This document shows positions 29,810-39,068 of a stretch of DNA of 64,000 bases, in pieces. Location of the stretch: the NCBI GenBank assembly GCA_964597575.1, contig CAZQXB010000002.1, positions 5,624-69,623 of the forward strand, given 5' to 3'. This DNA is from an uncultured Gammaproteobacteria bacterium (GTDB lineage Bacteria > Patescibacteriota > Patescibacteriia > Magasanikbacterales > UBA922). A program made the position numbers and the translations under genes. The notes beneath the pieces are model-generated. The model did not search any database and was not told the origin of the DNA. It worked only from the letters and a program-made list of their open reading frames with translations. How positions within the stretch are numbered: position 1 is the stretch's first letter; every line of letters begins with the position of its first letter.

Positions 29810-30892
29810 TTAGCCTTTGGGTTGCTCAACCACCAACTGCCCACAAGCAGCCGCAATATCATCCCCCATGGTTTTTCGCTCGGTTACGTCAATATTAAAC
29901 GAGCGGATAATCTCTTTAAAGGCTTCACGGCGGTGCTCGTCAGATCGCTCAAATGGTTTCCCTGCAACAGGGTTATACGGAATCACATTCACTTTGGTAA
30001 ACCCGGTTTTCGCTACATATTTTCCAAGTTCTCTTGCGAGTTCAGGTGTATCGTTTACCCCTGAAAGAACCGTATATTCGAACGTAATATGGTGCTTTCG
30101 GTTTCCAAGCGTTTCTTTATATTTGTGGGTCCATTCGATTAGATCAGTCAGAAAATTTGGAACCGTCGTTGGGACAATCTCTTCACGCTTTTTCTGGTTT
30201 GCACTGTGCAAGGAAATTGCGATGCGTACAGGTGGCCAATCTGGATCAGTCAGAAGTTTCGTGAGTTGTGTCAAAATACCCACCGTCGACACCGTAATTT
30301 TGGTTGACCCTAAATCAGTATACTCGAGCCAGGTATGAATGGCCTCTTTCACATTTTCATAATTAGCCATCGGTTCACCCATGCCCATGAAAACCACATT
30401 ACTAATACGACCTGGTAAATTCTTTTTCTTAATAAACCCGCGCCAAAATCGGTATTGATCAACAATTTCATCCGCGAGCAAACTTCGTTTGAGCCCCATC
30501 GTACCAGTTGCACAAAAGGTACAGCGCATGGCACAGCCAATTTGACTCGACACACAAATCGTCCACTGCCCCTTTTTATTTTGCATGAGCACGGTTTCGA
30601 ACTGCTTGTTATCAGATGACAGAAGCAGGGCCTTGTATGTGTCTTGTTTCGCACTTGTATACACTTTGTGTTCACCCACACTCATGAAGGGCACTTCTTT
30701 TTCTAACACGTCACGCATGGCTTTACCAAAGGTAGTCACCTCAGTCCAAGCAGACACCGTATCATCAAAAAGAGCTGATCTCACTTGCTTCACACGAAAA
30801 GACGGCTCATTCGGAAAGAGTTCGGCAAATCTTTTTTCTCGTGAGACGACTGGTGTCCCGGACATAATATATGTATAGAGAAGATGCCACAT
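29810..30892 (-). CDS. rlmN: 23S rRNA/tRNA m2A methyltransferase RlmN (radical SAM)
   Basis: GCAMRCTFCATG radical-SAM CxxxCxxC, GMGEPMANYENV, and a C-terminal Cys. Alternative start at 30865. Confidence 0.9.
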   Translation of the reverse strand: MWHLLYTYIMSGTPVVSREKRFAELFPNEPSFRVKQVRSALFDDTVSAWTEVTTFGKAMRDVLEKEVPFMSVGEHKVYTSAKQDTYKALLLSSDNKQFETVLMQNKKGQWTICVSSQIGCAMRCTFCATGTMGLKRSLLADEIVDQYRFWRGFIKKKNLPGRISNVVFMGMGEPMANYENVKEAIHTWLEYTDLGSTKITVSTVGILTQLTKLLTDPDWPPVRIAISLHSANQKKREEIVPTTVPNFLTDLIEWTHKYKETLGNRKHHITFEYTVLSGVNDTPELARELGKYVAKTGFTKVNVIPYNPVAGKPFERSDEHRREAFKEIIRSFNIDVTERKTMGDDIAAACGQLVVEQPKG

Positions 30893-30977
30893 ATCATACG
30901 TACATTTTTCTTACTTTGCAATCATTGTGAGGTTTTTTGTAGCAAAACCGACCATCCTATGGCATACTTACCCGTGT

Positions 30978-31544
30978 ATGATGAACAAAAAAATCAAAAT
31001 ACTATTATACGGCGCGAACCTGTGGTACCTCGGTGAAGGCATGTTTGGCCCTCTCTTTGCCGTATTTTCTGAGCGCATCGGGGGAAACATTTTAGATATT
31101 ACCTGGGCATGGGCTGTATATTTAATTGTGAGCGGCATCATGATCATGTACATTGGCCGCCTGTCAGATAAAAAATTTGATAAAACAAACCTCATGATAA
31201 TAGGGTATGCTTTAAATGCTCTCGCCACTCTCGGCTATCTTTTCGTCAGCACCCAAGCTCAATTTTTCCTCATTCAAATTATTTTAGGTGTGGCCGCGGC
31301 ACTCGCTATTCCAACCTGGAATGCGCTGTATGCCAAATATGAAGATAGAGGAGCTGAAGGAGGTGAGTGGGGGCTTGCGACAGGAGAAGCAAAAATTTTA
31401 ACTGGGGTTGCCACCATTCTCGGCGGTCTCATTGTTACGTGGTTTTCATTCACCACCCTCTTTTTTATCATGGGACTTATTCAAGTAACTGCCTGCGTCT
31501 ACCAGGCACAAATCCTCCGTCTAGAGAAAAAAAAGAGTTTATGA
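30978..31544 (+). CDS. six-TM MFS-like half-transporter membrane protein
   Basis: About 189 aa with 6 hydrophobic helices and MFS-like loop motifs. Stop overlaps the next start (ATGA). Confidence 0.45.
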   Translation: MMNKKIKILLYGANLWYLGEGMFGPLFAVFSERIGGNILDITWAWAVYLIVSGIMIMYIGRLSDKKFDKTNLMIIGYALNALATLGYLFVSTQAQFFLIQIILGVAAALAIPTWNALYAKYEDRGAEGGEWGLATGEAKILTGVATILGGLIVTWFSFTTLFFIMGLIQVTACVYQAQILRLEKKKSL

Positions 31545-32119
31545 TGCACACAGAGAAAGTAAAAAAACAACTACTAGCCACACGTACATCTTTAGGGATA
31601 GTAATTCAAAGTAGCGGAAACAGTACCTGGAATGTATCTGAAGAGGTTGGTCTTTTTCTGCGAAATCTGATTATTCAAAGAAACGCGACGCATATTCTAG
31701 AAATCGGAACATCGATTGGATACTCTGCGTTATTCTTAGCCGAGGGTGCTCTTTCAACAAACGGCCACATAACAACCATTGAATCGCATGCCGAGCGACG
31801 CACAAAAGCAAAAGAGGCATTTACTAATGCAGGAGTAACAGACATCATCACCCTTGTTGAAGGTCATGCACCTGAAATATTTTCTTCTCTCACGGGCACA
31901 TGGGATTTTATCTTTTTCGATGCCACAAAATACGAACACACTTCCTATATTGAAGCCCTTCTCCCAAAACTCAAAGAACGCGTATGTGTCGTGGCCGACA
32001 ACTGCCTTAGCCACGCAAATGCCATGGCTCCATACATGGCATTTATGGAAACCCTTCCCCATTTTACCCACGAACTTCTCGAAAAAGGTTCTGGGTTATT
32101 TGTAAGTATTCGAGGGTAA
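31541..32119 (+). CDS. class I SAM-dependent O-methyltransferase (family 3, caffeoyl-CoA OMT-like)
   Basis: ILEIGTSIGYSALFLAEG, VEGHA and FIFFDATK motifs. Start MMHTEK is translationally coupled to the upstream gene. Confidence 0.7.
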   Translation: MMHTEKVKKQLLATRTSLGIVIQSSGNSTWNVSEEVGLFLRNLIIQRNATHILEIGTSIGYSALFLAEGALSTNGHITTIESHAERRTKAKEAFTNAGVTDIITLVEGHAPEIFSSLTGTWDFIFFDATKYEHTSYIEALLPKLKERVCVVADNCLSHANAMAPYMAFMETLPHFTHELLEKGSGLFVSIRG

Positions 32120-32125
32120 GGCACT

Positions 32126-33844
32126 CTAGCCAAAGGTAAAAGTAAAAAGACGAAAACCAGAAGATTGTGGCATAAGACGAATCGTATGCTGCCCAAATAA
32201 TGGATCAGCTCCAAGAAGATAAAGATCTTCACTTGAAATGGTTGGCCCGGGTACGACGAGTCCGTCTTTCAGCACCTTCAAATCAACACTCTTTTTGAGG
32301 CCAGGACTCATCACACCAAAAATCTTTTGGGCTTCGTACTGAAAGACTACCGCGGCATTTGGGCCTGCAGCTTCAACATATTCTGCTTCCACCTTCCACG
32401 CGCCTACCAAATAAATGGTATTGGGTTCAACAACCTTAGGTTCTTCGTACACCACAACCTTGCCGGGCTCAATTAGACCATTTCCTATCCCCTCTGATCG
32501 CTCATACCCAAAGTAAGTTTCAGGGCTTTTCGAACGCACCCGCTCAGCCACCACATTTGGCTCACTCTCAAGCGGTAGATCAATATTAATACCGAAACGA
32601 TCGGCACGTTCCTGAAGCAACGATTGAATTTTCTTTTCTGTTTCCTCATAGTCCCCTTCTCCAATATGGTCGTATACGATATTACCGTCGAGGTCGATAA
32701 TATATTTTCGTGGCCAGTAGCTGTTTCCGTACGCATTCCATGTACCATAATTATTATCTAAAATAACAGGAAACGTAAGGCCGTATTTTTTCATCGCCTC
32801 CACTACATTATCTTTATTTTTTTCAAACGCAAATTCAGGAGTGTGAATACCAATAATGGTAAGGCCATTTTTGCGATATTTTTCATCCCATGCCTTTAGG
32901 TACGGAAACGTACGAATGCAATTAATGCAGCTATACGTCATAAAATCGAGCAAGATAATGTTTTTACCAATGCGTTCTTTCAAGGTAAATGGCCCACTGT
33001 TTACATATCCTGCCGGGTCTGTAATTTCTTGATACCGTGCATAATTTTTCCCCCCTGCTATACGTTCAGTATTTGTACATGTTTCATTTGTACACTGCGT
33101 ATCAAGGCTATTACCCACGCTCGTTTTTTCTTGCAAAAAATAATTTTCGAATTTCGTTACATCAAGATAACCATAGTCAAGAATAAGAGTTGAAATCTTT
33201 TTATCGATACCGAAGAAAATAAGGATACCAACCGCGATAAAAACCACACCAAGCCCGCGACGAAACAAACCGTTTGGATTAGCAAGTGCCGCCACTTTTG
33301 CCACCATCCTTCTTCCAAGAAGTCCAATAGCAAGTAGCATAAGCGCAAGCCCAAGCGCATACACAAACAAATACACCACACCCTTAAGAAAACTTACTGG
33401 GAGTATTGTAGCTAGAATGAGAAAGTACGTCGGTGAACAACTAGAAAACACTGGACCAAGTGCCGCCCCCACAAGGACATCACGCCATACCGACGTTCTT
33501 TCTCCTGCTAAATGCAGAGTTTGCTCGCTTTTACGCTGCAAACCAACCCTATTCATAACCCACGTCCAAGCTGTCGGGAAAAGAGTTGATAGACCAAGAA
33601 CAATAATAATAAGGGCAGAAATTGATTTCCACACACTTTCTGGAATATCAATAAAGAGAGTGCTCGCCTTTAGTAAAAGAGTAAAAGCAACAACGGAGAA
33701 GGTAAGGGATAGCGCAATGACATATGGGCGCAACCGGTGACCTTGGCCAATAGCTCCCCCCACAATAATGGGTAAAAGTGGCAACACACACGGTGCAAGT
33801 ACGGTTAAGACACCGGCAAAAAAAGAAGTAAATAAGAGAATCAT
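32126..33844 (-). CDS. DsbD/CcdA transmembrane domain fused to periplasmic thioredoxin-like (redoxin) domain
   Basis: LAPCVLPLLP DsbD-type TM Cys motif, multiple TM helices, a C-terminal CINC redoxin motif, and a TlpA-like fold region. Longest ORF starts at 33874. Confidence 0.7.
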   Translation of the reverse strand: MILLFTSFFAGVLTVLAPCVLPLLPIIVGGAIGQGHRLRPYVIALSLTFSVVAFTLLLKASTLFIDIPESVWKSISALIIIVLGLSTLFPTAWTWVMNRVGLQRKSEQTLHLAGERTSVWRDVLVGAALGPVFSSCSPTYFLILATILPVSFLKGVVYLFVYALGLALMLLAIGLLGRRMVAKVAALANPNGLFRRGLGVVFIAVGILIFFGIDKKISTLILDYGYLDVTKFENYFLQEKTSVGNSLDTQCTNETCTNTERIAGGKNYARYQEITDPAGYVNSGPFTLKERIGKNIILLDFMTYSCINCIRTFPYLKAWDEKYRKNGLTIIGIHTPEFAFEKNKDNVVEAMKKYGLTFPVILDNNYGTWNAYGNSYWPRKYIIDLDGNIVYDHIGEGDYEETEKKIQSLLQERADRFGINIDLPLESEPNVVAERVRSKSPETYFGYERSEGIGNGLIEPGKVVVYEEPKVVEPNTIYLVGAWKVEAEYVEAAGPNAAVVFQYEAQKIFGVMSPGLKKSVDLKVLKDGLVVPGPTISSEDLYLLGADPLFGQHTIRLMPQSSGFRLFTFTFG

Positions 33845-33904
33845 ACGTTTTAACAATGAACAGACTGTGCACATGAATCGTGTTCATGTGCACTACTGAA
33901 ACTG

Positions 33905-34507
33905 TTAACTTTTCACTTGAGCCGCAATTTCCGTGACTGTTGTTGAACCGAGCCATTTCTTTATCATGTTTCCTTCTGCGTCCACCTGTACAAACGTATG
34001 CTGACTCGTCACCCCATATTTCTTTTTTAATTCTAACGATGAGTCATAGTCAATTTTTAACACCAAAAGCCCATCGGGAATAATACTATCTGCCAAACTT
34101 TTATTAGCCGCACGGCACGTTGGACACCATGGGGCATGAAAAAAAAGTACGGCAGTACCGCCCGCTTTTGCATAAGCCAATTTTTCTTTTGCATATATTT
34201 CGTATGAGCCTTTTTGAGCCACCACCATCATCGTTTCACTTTTCATCATCGCCTCGTCTTTTACAGGCGCCGGCATTACCGTATCCACGGTTACGTTCGC
34301 TTTCGTCTCCAACATCACCGCGCTATCCTTTTCCATATTATCACCTTTCATCATTGCATCACCCCGCACTTCCATCATATCGCCACTTTCCTTTTTCATC
34401 ATTGTGCCACCTTCTGAGACGTCTTGTTGCGCTACCCGTGCACAGCCCGCACCAATAACAAGCAATCCGACGACTATCCCAAAAACGGACGATGTACGTA
34501 TATTCAT
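33905..34507 (-). CDS. thioredoxin-like lipoprotein with Met-rich linker
   Basis: Lipobox GAGC, WCPTC thioredoxin motif, and a 60-aa linker with nine MM/MxxM motifs (MMKKESGDMMEVRGDAMMKGDNM...) reminiscent of Cu(I)-binding Met motifs. Confidence 0.7.
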   Translation of the reverse strand: MNIRTSSVFGIVVGLLVIGAGCARVAQQDVSEGGTMMKKESGDMMEVRGDAMMKGDNMEKDSAVMLETKANVTVDTVMPAPVKDEAMMKSETMMVVAQKGSYEIYAKEKLAYAKAGGTAVLFFHAPWCPTCRAANKSLADSIIPDGLLVLKIDYDSSLELKKKYGVTSQHTFVQVDAEGNMIKKWLGSTTVTEIAAQVKS

Positions 34508-34527
34508 ACAAATTATTTAAAAATAAC

Positions 34528-34896
34528 CTACAGATGCTTTGCAGCATGCCAATGGCCAATCACTTTTACAAGTACTGCTATAGCTAAAATGAGAAGAAGG
34601 CGCGTATCGTACATATAGGTAAACACATCGTATGCACTGACGAGTAGGAGCCCTCCAGCACACACCAAAAATGCGATTCGATCAACTAAACGGGTATGGA
34701 AAATCGCCCGCTCATCTTGTTCATTTTCTCGCCAAAAAAATACAGTCACAACTCCAAAAAGCAAAATGGCCACACCCATGAGTATTTTTTCGACCATACT
34801 TGGCGTAGCCATACCAAATGAACGTACAAGGAAAGCAATGACACCTAAAAAACCAATTAAAGAAAAAACAGAAAAGAGGTGGACAAATTTATTCAT
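34528..34896 (-). CDS. hypothetical membrane protein (DUF2178-like partner of XRE regulator)
   Basis: 122 aa, 4 TM. Overlaps the XRE gene by 8 nt, a conserved pairing. Confidence 0.5.
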   Translation of the reverse strand: MNKFVHLFSVFSLIGFLGVIAFLVRSFGMATPSMVEKILMGVAILLFGVVTVFFWRENEQDERAIFHTRLVDRIAFLVCAGGLLLVSAYDVFTYMYDTRLLLILAIAVLVKVIGHWHAAKHL

Positions 34897-35092
34897 ATGA
34901 AAAAAGTGATTCTACCGTTACCTTAAAAAAACGTGCCAAGGAAAATGCGAGCAGTAGCGAAGGAATATAATTCCCCTTTTCGATAGCGATGATCGTCTGC
35001 CGACTAACACCAACAGCTACGGCTAAATCTTCTTGAGTCATATGACGTTTTTCTCGCCACATAAGAACTGAGTTTTTCATGGTTTTCCCCAT
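34889..35092 (-). CDS. XRE-family helix-turn-helix transcriptional regulator
   Basis: [22 protein letters not shown] is a classic Cro/C1 HTH. Confidence 0.85.
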   Translation of the reverse strand: MGKTMKNSVLMWREKRHMTQEDLAVAVGVSRQTIIAIEKGNYIPSLLLAFSLARFFKVTVESLFSYE

Positions 35093-35122
35093 ATGCTACC
35101 ACTATAGCACGCATAAAAAGTA

Positions 35123-35170
35123 ATGTAAAGTACACTTTACATTTATACAGGGTCGCTCTATTCTGTATAA
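35123..35170. promoter_or_regulatory. two palindromic operator candidates in XRE/flavodoxin divergent promoter region
   Basis: ATGTAAAGT-ac-ACTTTACAT (9-bp arms, 35123-35142) and TTATACAG-N12-CTGTATAA (35143-35170). Confidence 0.5.
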
Positions 35171-35208
35171 CTTCGAGGCCATGGGCTATGGTATACTATA
35201 TGAATAGT

Positions 35209-35670
35209 ATGACCATTCTTATTTCATACAGTACCAATTCCGGTAGTACCTATGTGGCAGCACGCACCATTGCTTCCGTATTTGCCCCAAAATACAGGGT
35301 TTTCCTAAAAAAGGCAGATGAAACCACGGTGCGAGATGTTCTCTCGGCAGATATTATTTTTTTAGGTTCTCCGAGCTGGGATTTTGAAGGGAAAGAAGGG
35401 CAGCCACACGAAACAATGATTAAATTATTAAAACGTGTTGAAGGAAACGACCTCAGCGGAAAGCAGTGTTTTGTTTTTGGTTGCGGAGATTCTTCTTATA
35501 CCCACTTTTGCGGAGCAGTTGACATACTTGAAGCTTGGACGAAAAAACATGGCGCTACCGTTCATCTCCCCTCACTTCGACTCGACGAATTTTTCTTTCA
35601 CGAAAAAGAAAATACAGAAAAAACAAAAGAATGGGCCGCGACTATCCTTAAAAACCACTTTGGCTCTTAG
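35209..35670 (+). CDS. flavodoxin
   Basis: MTILISYSTNSGSTYVAA flavodoxin N-terminal signature and GSPSW. TATACT at 35192-35197 puts the start codon about 12 nt after the -10, so near-leaderless. Confidence 0.7.
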   Translation: MTILISYSTNSGSTYVAARTIASVFAPKYRVFLKKADETTVRDVLSADIIFLGSPSWDFEGKEGQPHETMIKLLKRVEGNDLSGKQCFVFGCGDSSYTHFCGAVDILEAWTKKHGATVHLPSLRLDEFFFHEKENTEKTKEWAATILKNHFGS

Positions 35671-35685
35671 CGAATTTGCTTCAAT

Positions 35686-36417
35686 TTATTTCTGAAGTTC
35701 ATTAATAACCCTTTCCATTTCATCATAATTTTCCCGGCCCATTTCTCCCCCCTTATACCGCTTCCACGCTTCTTGTCTCATAGCTTTGCGGTCAAGACGT
35801 GTTATGTCATGTCCTGCTGTTTTGCTAAGAGCTTCCTCCTCAAGCATTTTCTCTAAAAATTGTTTATCGTCTTTTGAGAAATTATAGGCTCCTTTGTTTG
35901 CCCGATACACCCCGCTCATTCGTCTTCCCAAACGGGACAGTCCTGTTTTTCGAAAAGACTGACCGACGCCCCCAAGATGAACTTCGTACGGATCTTTTTT
36001 AGAAGTTCCTTCATGAAACTTTTCCACCTTAGCGTGTTCGTGGACGGCTTGTCGATGAGCTCTTGAAGATTGGACATCTCGACTGGTCTCGGCTGATGTT
36101 CTCGTGTCGTAAATCGAATATCGAGAATCTTCCCCATGCGCTGCGCCTTGAGAGGTTTCGGTATGATGATTCAGATCAGCAACCGAGGTAACCGGAGCAT
36201 GACCCGCTAACCCCTGCAGATCCTGAACTGAAGTTACTGCGGGATGATTAAGGGCGACGGCATCGTGAATTGACGTAACAGGGCCATGGCCCGCAAGCGT
36301 ACCAATATCATGAACAGAAGTGACCGGTGGAGTATGGTGTTCACTTGGCTGAAATGTTGGGAGTGGCGCCCTTAAAGAAAGTGCAGGGCTGCCAAGATGG
36401 CTAATAGGGGGTTCCAT
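35686..36417 (-). CDS. hypothetical protein with four tandem approx 15-aa repeats (consensus HxPVTSVxDLxxLAG)
   Basis: Repeats PVTSVHDIGTLAGHG, PVTSIHDAVALNHPA, VTSVQDLQGLAGHA, PVTSVADLNHH, followed by a basic C-terminal domain. Confidence 0.5.
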   Translation of the reverse strand: MEPPISHLGSPALSLRAPLPTFQPSEHHTPPVTSVHDIGTLAGHGPVTSIHDAVALNHPAVTSVQDLQGLAGHAPVTSVADLNHHTETSQGAAHGEDSRYSIYDTRTSAETSRDVQSSRAHRQAVHEHAKVEKFHEGTSKKDPYEVHLGGVGQSFRKTGLSRLGRRMSGVYRANKGAYNFSKDDKQFLEKMLEEEALSKTAGHDITRLDRKAMRQEAWKRYKGGEMGRENYDEMERVINELQK

Positions 36418-36475
36418 ACAAAAAAGTAAAGCATCTGAAAAGAGTATACCCCTGACTCTCCGTCGAAGCCAGAGC

Positions 36476-37336
36476 CTAGCTAAAATGATGCTCTAATGCC
36501 TTCAAATTCCGTTTATCTGCTGACTGCGCGACAAGAGTCTTCTTTTGTAAAACAGGCAACTGATCTTCGTGAGTCGGAGTCTTCACTTCATAAAAAATAC
36601 CAACAGGAATCTGCTTTTCACCCCATTCTAATGTTTTTGCAAACGCTGCCGTACGATCGGTTCGATCAAATTCTTTGGGTAGTTCGTAAATATTTTTTTG
36701 AAAAAAGATATGTGTGTATTGCTTATTAAAGGTTACACATGGTTGCAGCACTTGAATAATGGCAAAACCCTTATGCTTTGCACCCTCAATCATAAGTTCT
36801 TTTAAACGTGGCACATCCCCGGCATAGGCTCTGGCTACAAATGTGGCTCCGGCTGCGAGTGCCATACGAAGGGGGTGAAGAGGTTCATCAATATTTCCTT
36901 TGGGAGTTGATTTTGATTGATAGCCTTTCGGGGAACGGGGTGATGTTTGTCCAGTCGTAAGGCCATATACCGCATTATCATGAAGCACGACCAACATATC
37001 GTGATTGCGCCTCGCGGCATGGGCAAAGTGATTTCCCCCTTCAGCCAAAGAATCGCCGTCGCCGGTAAACACCACAATATTGAGTTTGTGGTTCGTCATA
37101 GCAATTCCCGAAGCTACCGGAAGTGCCCTTCCGTGAAGCCCTTCAAAACTAGAGAGGTTAATAAAATTCACAATATGTCCGTGACACCCAACCCCCGCAA
37201 CGACCACCGTATTTTTATTTGACCACTTTTCTTGTTCAGCCGCATCTTTAAACGCTGTCCAAATACCAAAGTCTCCACACCCTGGGCACCAAGTAGGAGT
37301 TTGCGGACTGGCCATTCGCTCTGTGGAAGATGACAT
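36476..37336 (-). CDS. 2-oxoacid:ferredoxin oxidoreductase beta subunit (TPP-binding)
   Basis: WCPGCGDFG motif and GDGD TPP-binding segment. Confidence 0.85.
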   Translation of the reverse strand: MSSSTERMASPQTPTWCPGCGDFGIWTAFKDAAEQEKWSNKNTVVVAGVGCHGHIVNFINLSSFEGLHGRALPVASGIAMTNHKLNIVVFTGDGDSLAEGGNHFAHAARRNHDMLVVLHDNAVYGLTTGQTSPRSPKGYQSKSTPKGNIDEPLHPLRMALAAGATFVARAYAGDVPRLKELMIEGAKHKGFAIIQVLQPCVTFNKQYTHIFFQKNIYELPKEFDRTDRTAAFAKTLEWGEKQIPVGIFYEVKTPTHEDQLPVLQKKTLVAQSADKRNLKALEHHFS

Positions 37337-37349
37337 ACAAAAAAGAAAT

Positions 37350-39068
37350 TTACATGGCCAACTGTTTTTTCACCGCCGCGATAATATCTTCTGGGAAAAA
37401 GGGTCGGCCCGAGTACCCAAGTAATTGGTGAGATATCCGAATCCCCGTCTGTTCAGCAATAAGGCCAGTGAGCTGTCCGCTATAATTATTTTCTACAATT
37501 AAAACTTGAGGTGCTTTGCGGATAAGTGTAGTAAGCGCGTCTTTTGGAAATGGTGACATCCAGGTCACATGAACATAGTTCACATGAGGAAGCTGTTTCA
37601 TCGCTTCGAGAATAGCCCCCTTATTACTCCCCCAAGACACAATAGTGAGTTCTGCATCTTTCGCACCATACACACTTGGCGCTTCCATATCTTCGAGCGC
37701 TACTCGCACCAGTTTGCCCATGCGCTTTTCCATTTGCGCTTCACGCATAGATATTTCCTCATTGGAATATCCAGATTCGTCATGCTCATCAGAATTAGCC
37801 ACCACACAATTCCCCACCCCTGGGATACTCCTTGGAGACACATGGTCGGGGGTAAGTGCATAGCGCTTATAGTTTTTTTCTGAGCGGTCCACAAACTTCC
37901 CACGAGAAAGGTACTCAGTGTTTTTTTTCTGTGGGAACATGGTAACATGCCCTTCGCACACATGTTTATCAACCAAAAGAACGACCGGAGTTTGATACTT
38001 ATCGGCCAAATAAAATGCCTGAGCTGTCATCCTCTGTGCTTCTTCTGCATCACCCGCAGCGAGGACGATACGAGGAAAATCTCCCTGGTGTGCATGAAGG
38101 ATAAACCGTAAATCCCCCTGTTCAGTCCAGGTGGGAAGCCCGGTCGCGGGAGCGCCTCGCATACCCTCAATAATAACAAGCGGGGTCTCAGTAATGCCCG
38201 CGAGCCCATACGCTTCGGTCATGAGGCAAAACCCTCCGCCAGAGGTGGCGACCATAGAACGCACACCGGCATATGAGGCACCGATCGCCATATTGATTCC
38301 AGAAATTTCATCTTCTGGCTGAATGCACACAAGCCCTTGCTCTTCCGCCACAGCCGCTAACGTATGAAGCACATTTGAAGTTGGAGTCATGGGGTAAATG
38401 GCCACAAACTGCACGCCGGCCTGAAGCGCACCGAGCGCAATCGCTTCGTTGCCTGTGATAACGAGCTGGGTCGGTGTTTTTGAAAGAATCTGTAAACGGC
38501 TGGTGACACACTGTTTAGCGGCAGAGAGCAGCGCCTCAAAACCTGCTTTTGCCACGGCTTTATTTTTCAAAACGATTTCTGGTTTTTTATCCCCAAATTC
38601 TTCTTCTAAAAGAGTAAACAAAAGATCAAGTGACCCACCTGTAAGTGCAACCAGTGCCCCGAGCGCAACGGTATTTTTCATGAGAATGGTTCCGCCGACG
38701 CTTTTCGCAATTTCGGCACACGGGAGACCGATACTTTCTATATGATTTGGAATTTCGGGAAGATTTTTTATGCGTGTGGAATCATAGAGCAATACTCCTT
38801 TCCGGGTAATACTTTGCACATGTCTTTTTACCGTCTCTTCGGTAAGAGCAACCAAAATGTCGACTCCTGTTTCTGTCGAAAAAACTTTTTCTTCTCCAAT
38901 AGTTAAAAAAAGCACATTGTGCCCTCCACGAATCACGGAGGGGTACTCGGTATAATCGCACACACTATACCCCGACCGACTCGCGAGCTTAGCAACCAGA
39001 AGTCCGGCTGCCATGATGCCAAACCCTGCCTCCCCACCAATAGCTAAAGTAAAACGTCCGTCGCTCAT
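37350..39068 (-). CDS. 2-oxoacid:ferredoxin oxidoreductase fused gamma-alpha subunit
   Basis: N-terminal gamma-type domain (GGEAGFGIMAAG...GYSV) followed by the alpha domain (GNEAIALGA...YPMTP). Confidence 0.85.
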   Translation of the reverse strand: MSDGRFTLAIGGEAGFGIMAAGLLVAKLASRSGYSVCDYTEYPSVIRGGHNVLFLTIGEEKVFSTETGVDILVALTEETVKRHVQSITRKGVLLYDSTRIKNLPEIPNHIESIGLPCAEIAKSVGGTILMKNTVALGALVALTGGSLDLLFTLLEEEFGDKKPEIVLKNKAVAKAGFEALLSAAKQCVTSRLQILSKTPTQLVITGNEAIALGALQAGVQFVAIYPMTPTSNVLHTLAAVAEEQGLVCIQPEDEISGINMAIGASYAGVRSMVATSGGGFCLMTEAYGLAGITETPLVIIEGMRGAPATGLPTWTEQGDLRFILHAHQGDFPRIVLAAGDAEEAQRMTAQAFYLADKYQTPVVLLVDKHVCEGHVTMFPQKKNTEYLSRGKFVDRSEKNYKRYALTPDHVSPRSIPGVGNCVVANSDEHDESGYSNEEISMREAQMEKRMGKLVRVALEDMEAPSVYGAKDAELTIVSWGSNKGAILEAMKQLPHVNYVHVTWMSPFPKDALTTLIRKAPQVLIVENNYSGQLTGLIAEQTGIRISHQLLGYSGRPFFPEDIIAAVKKQLAM

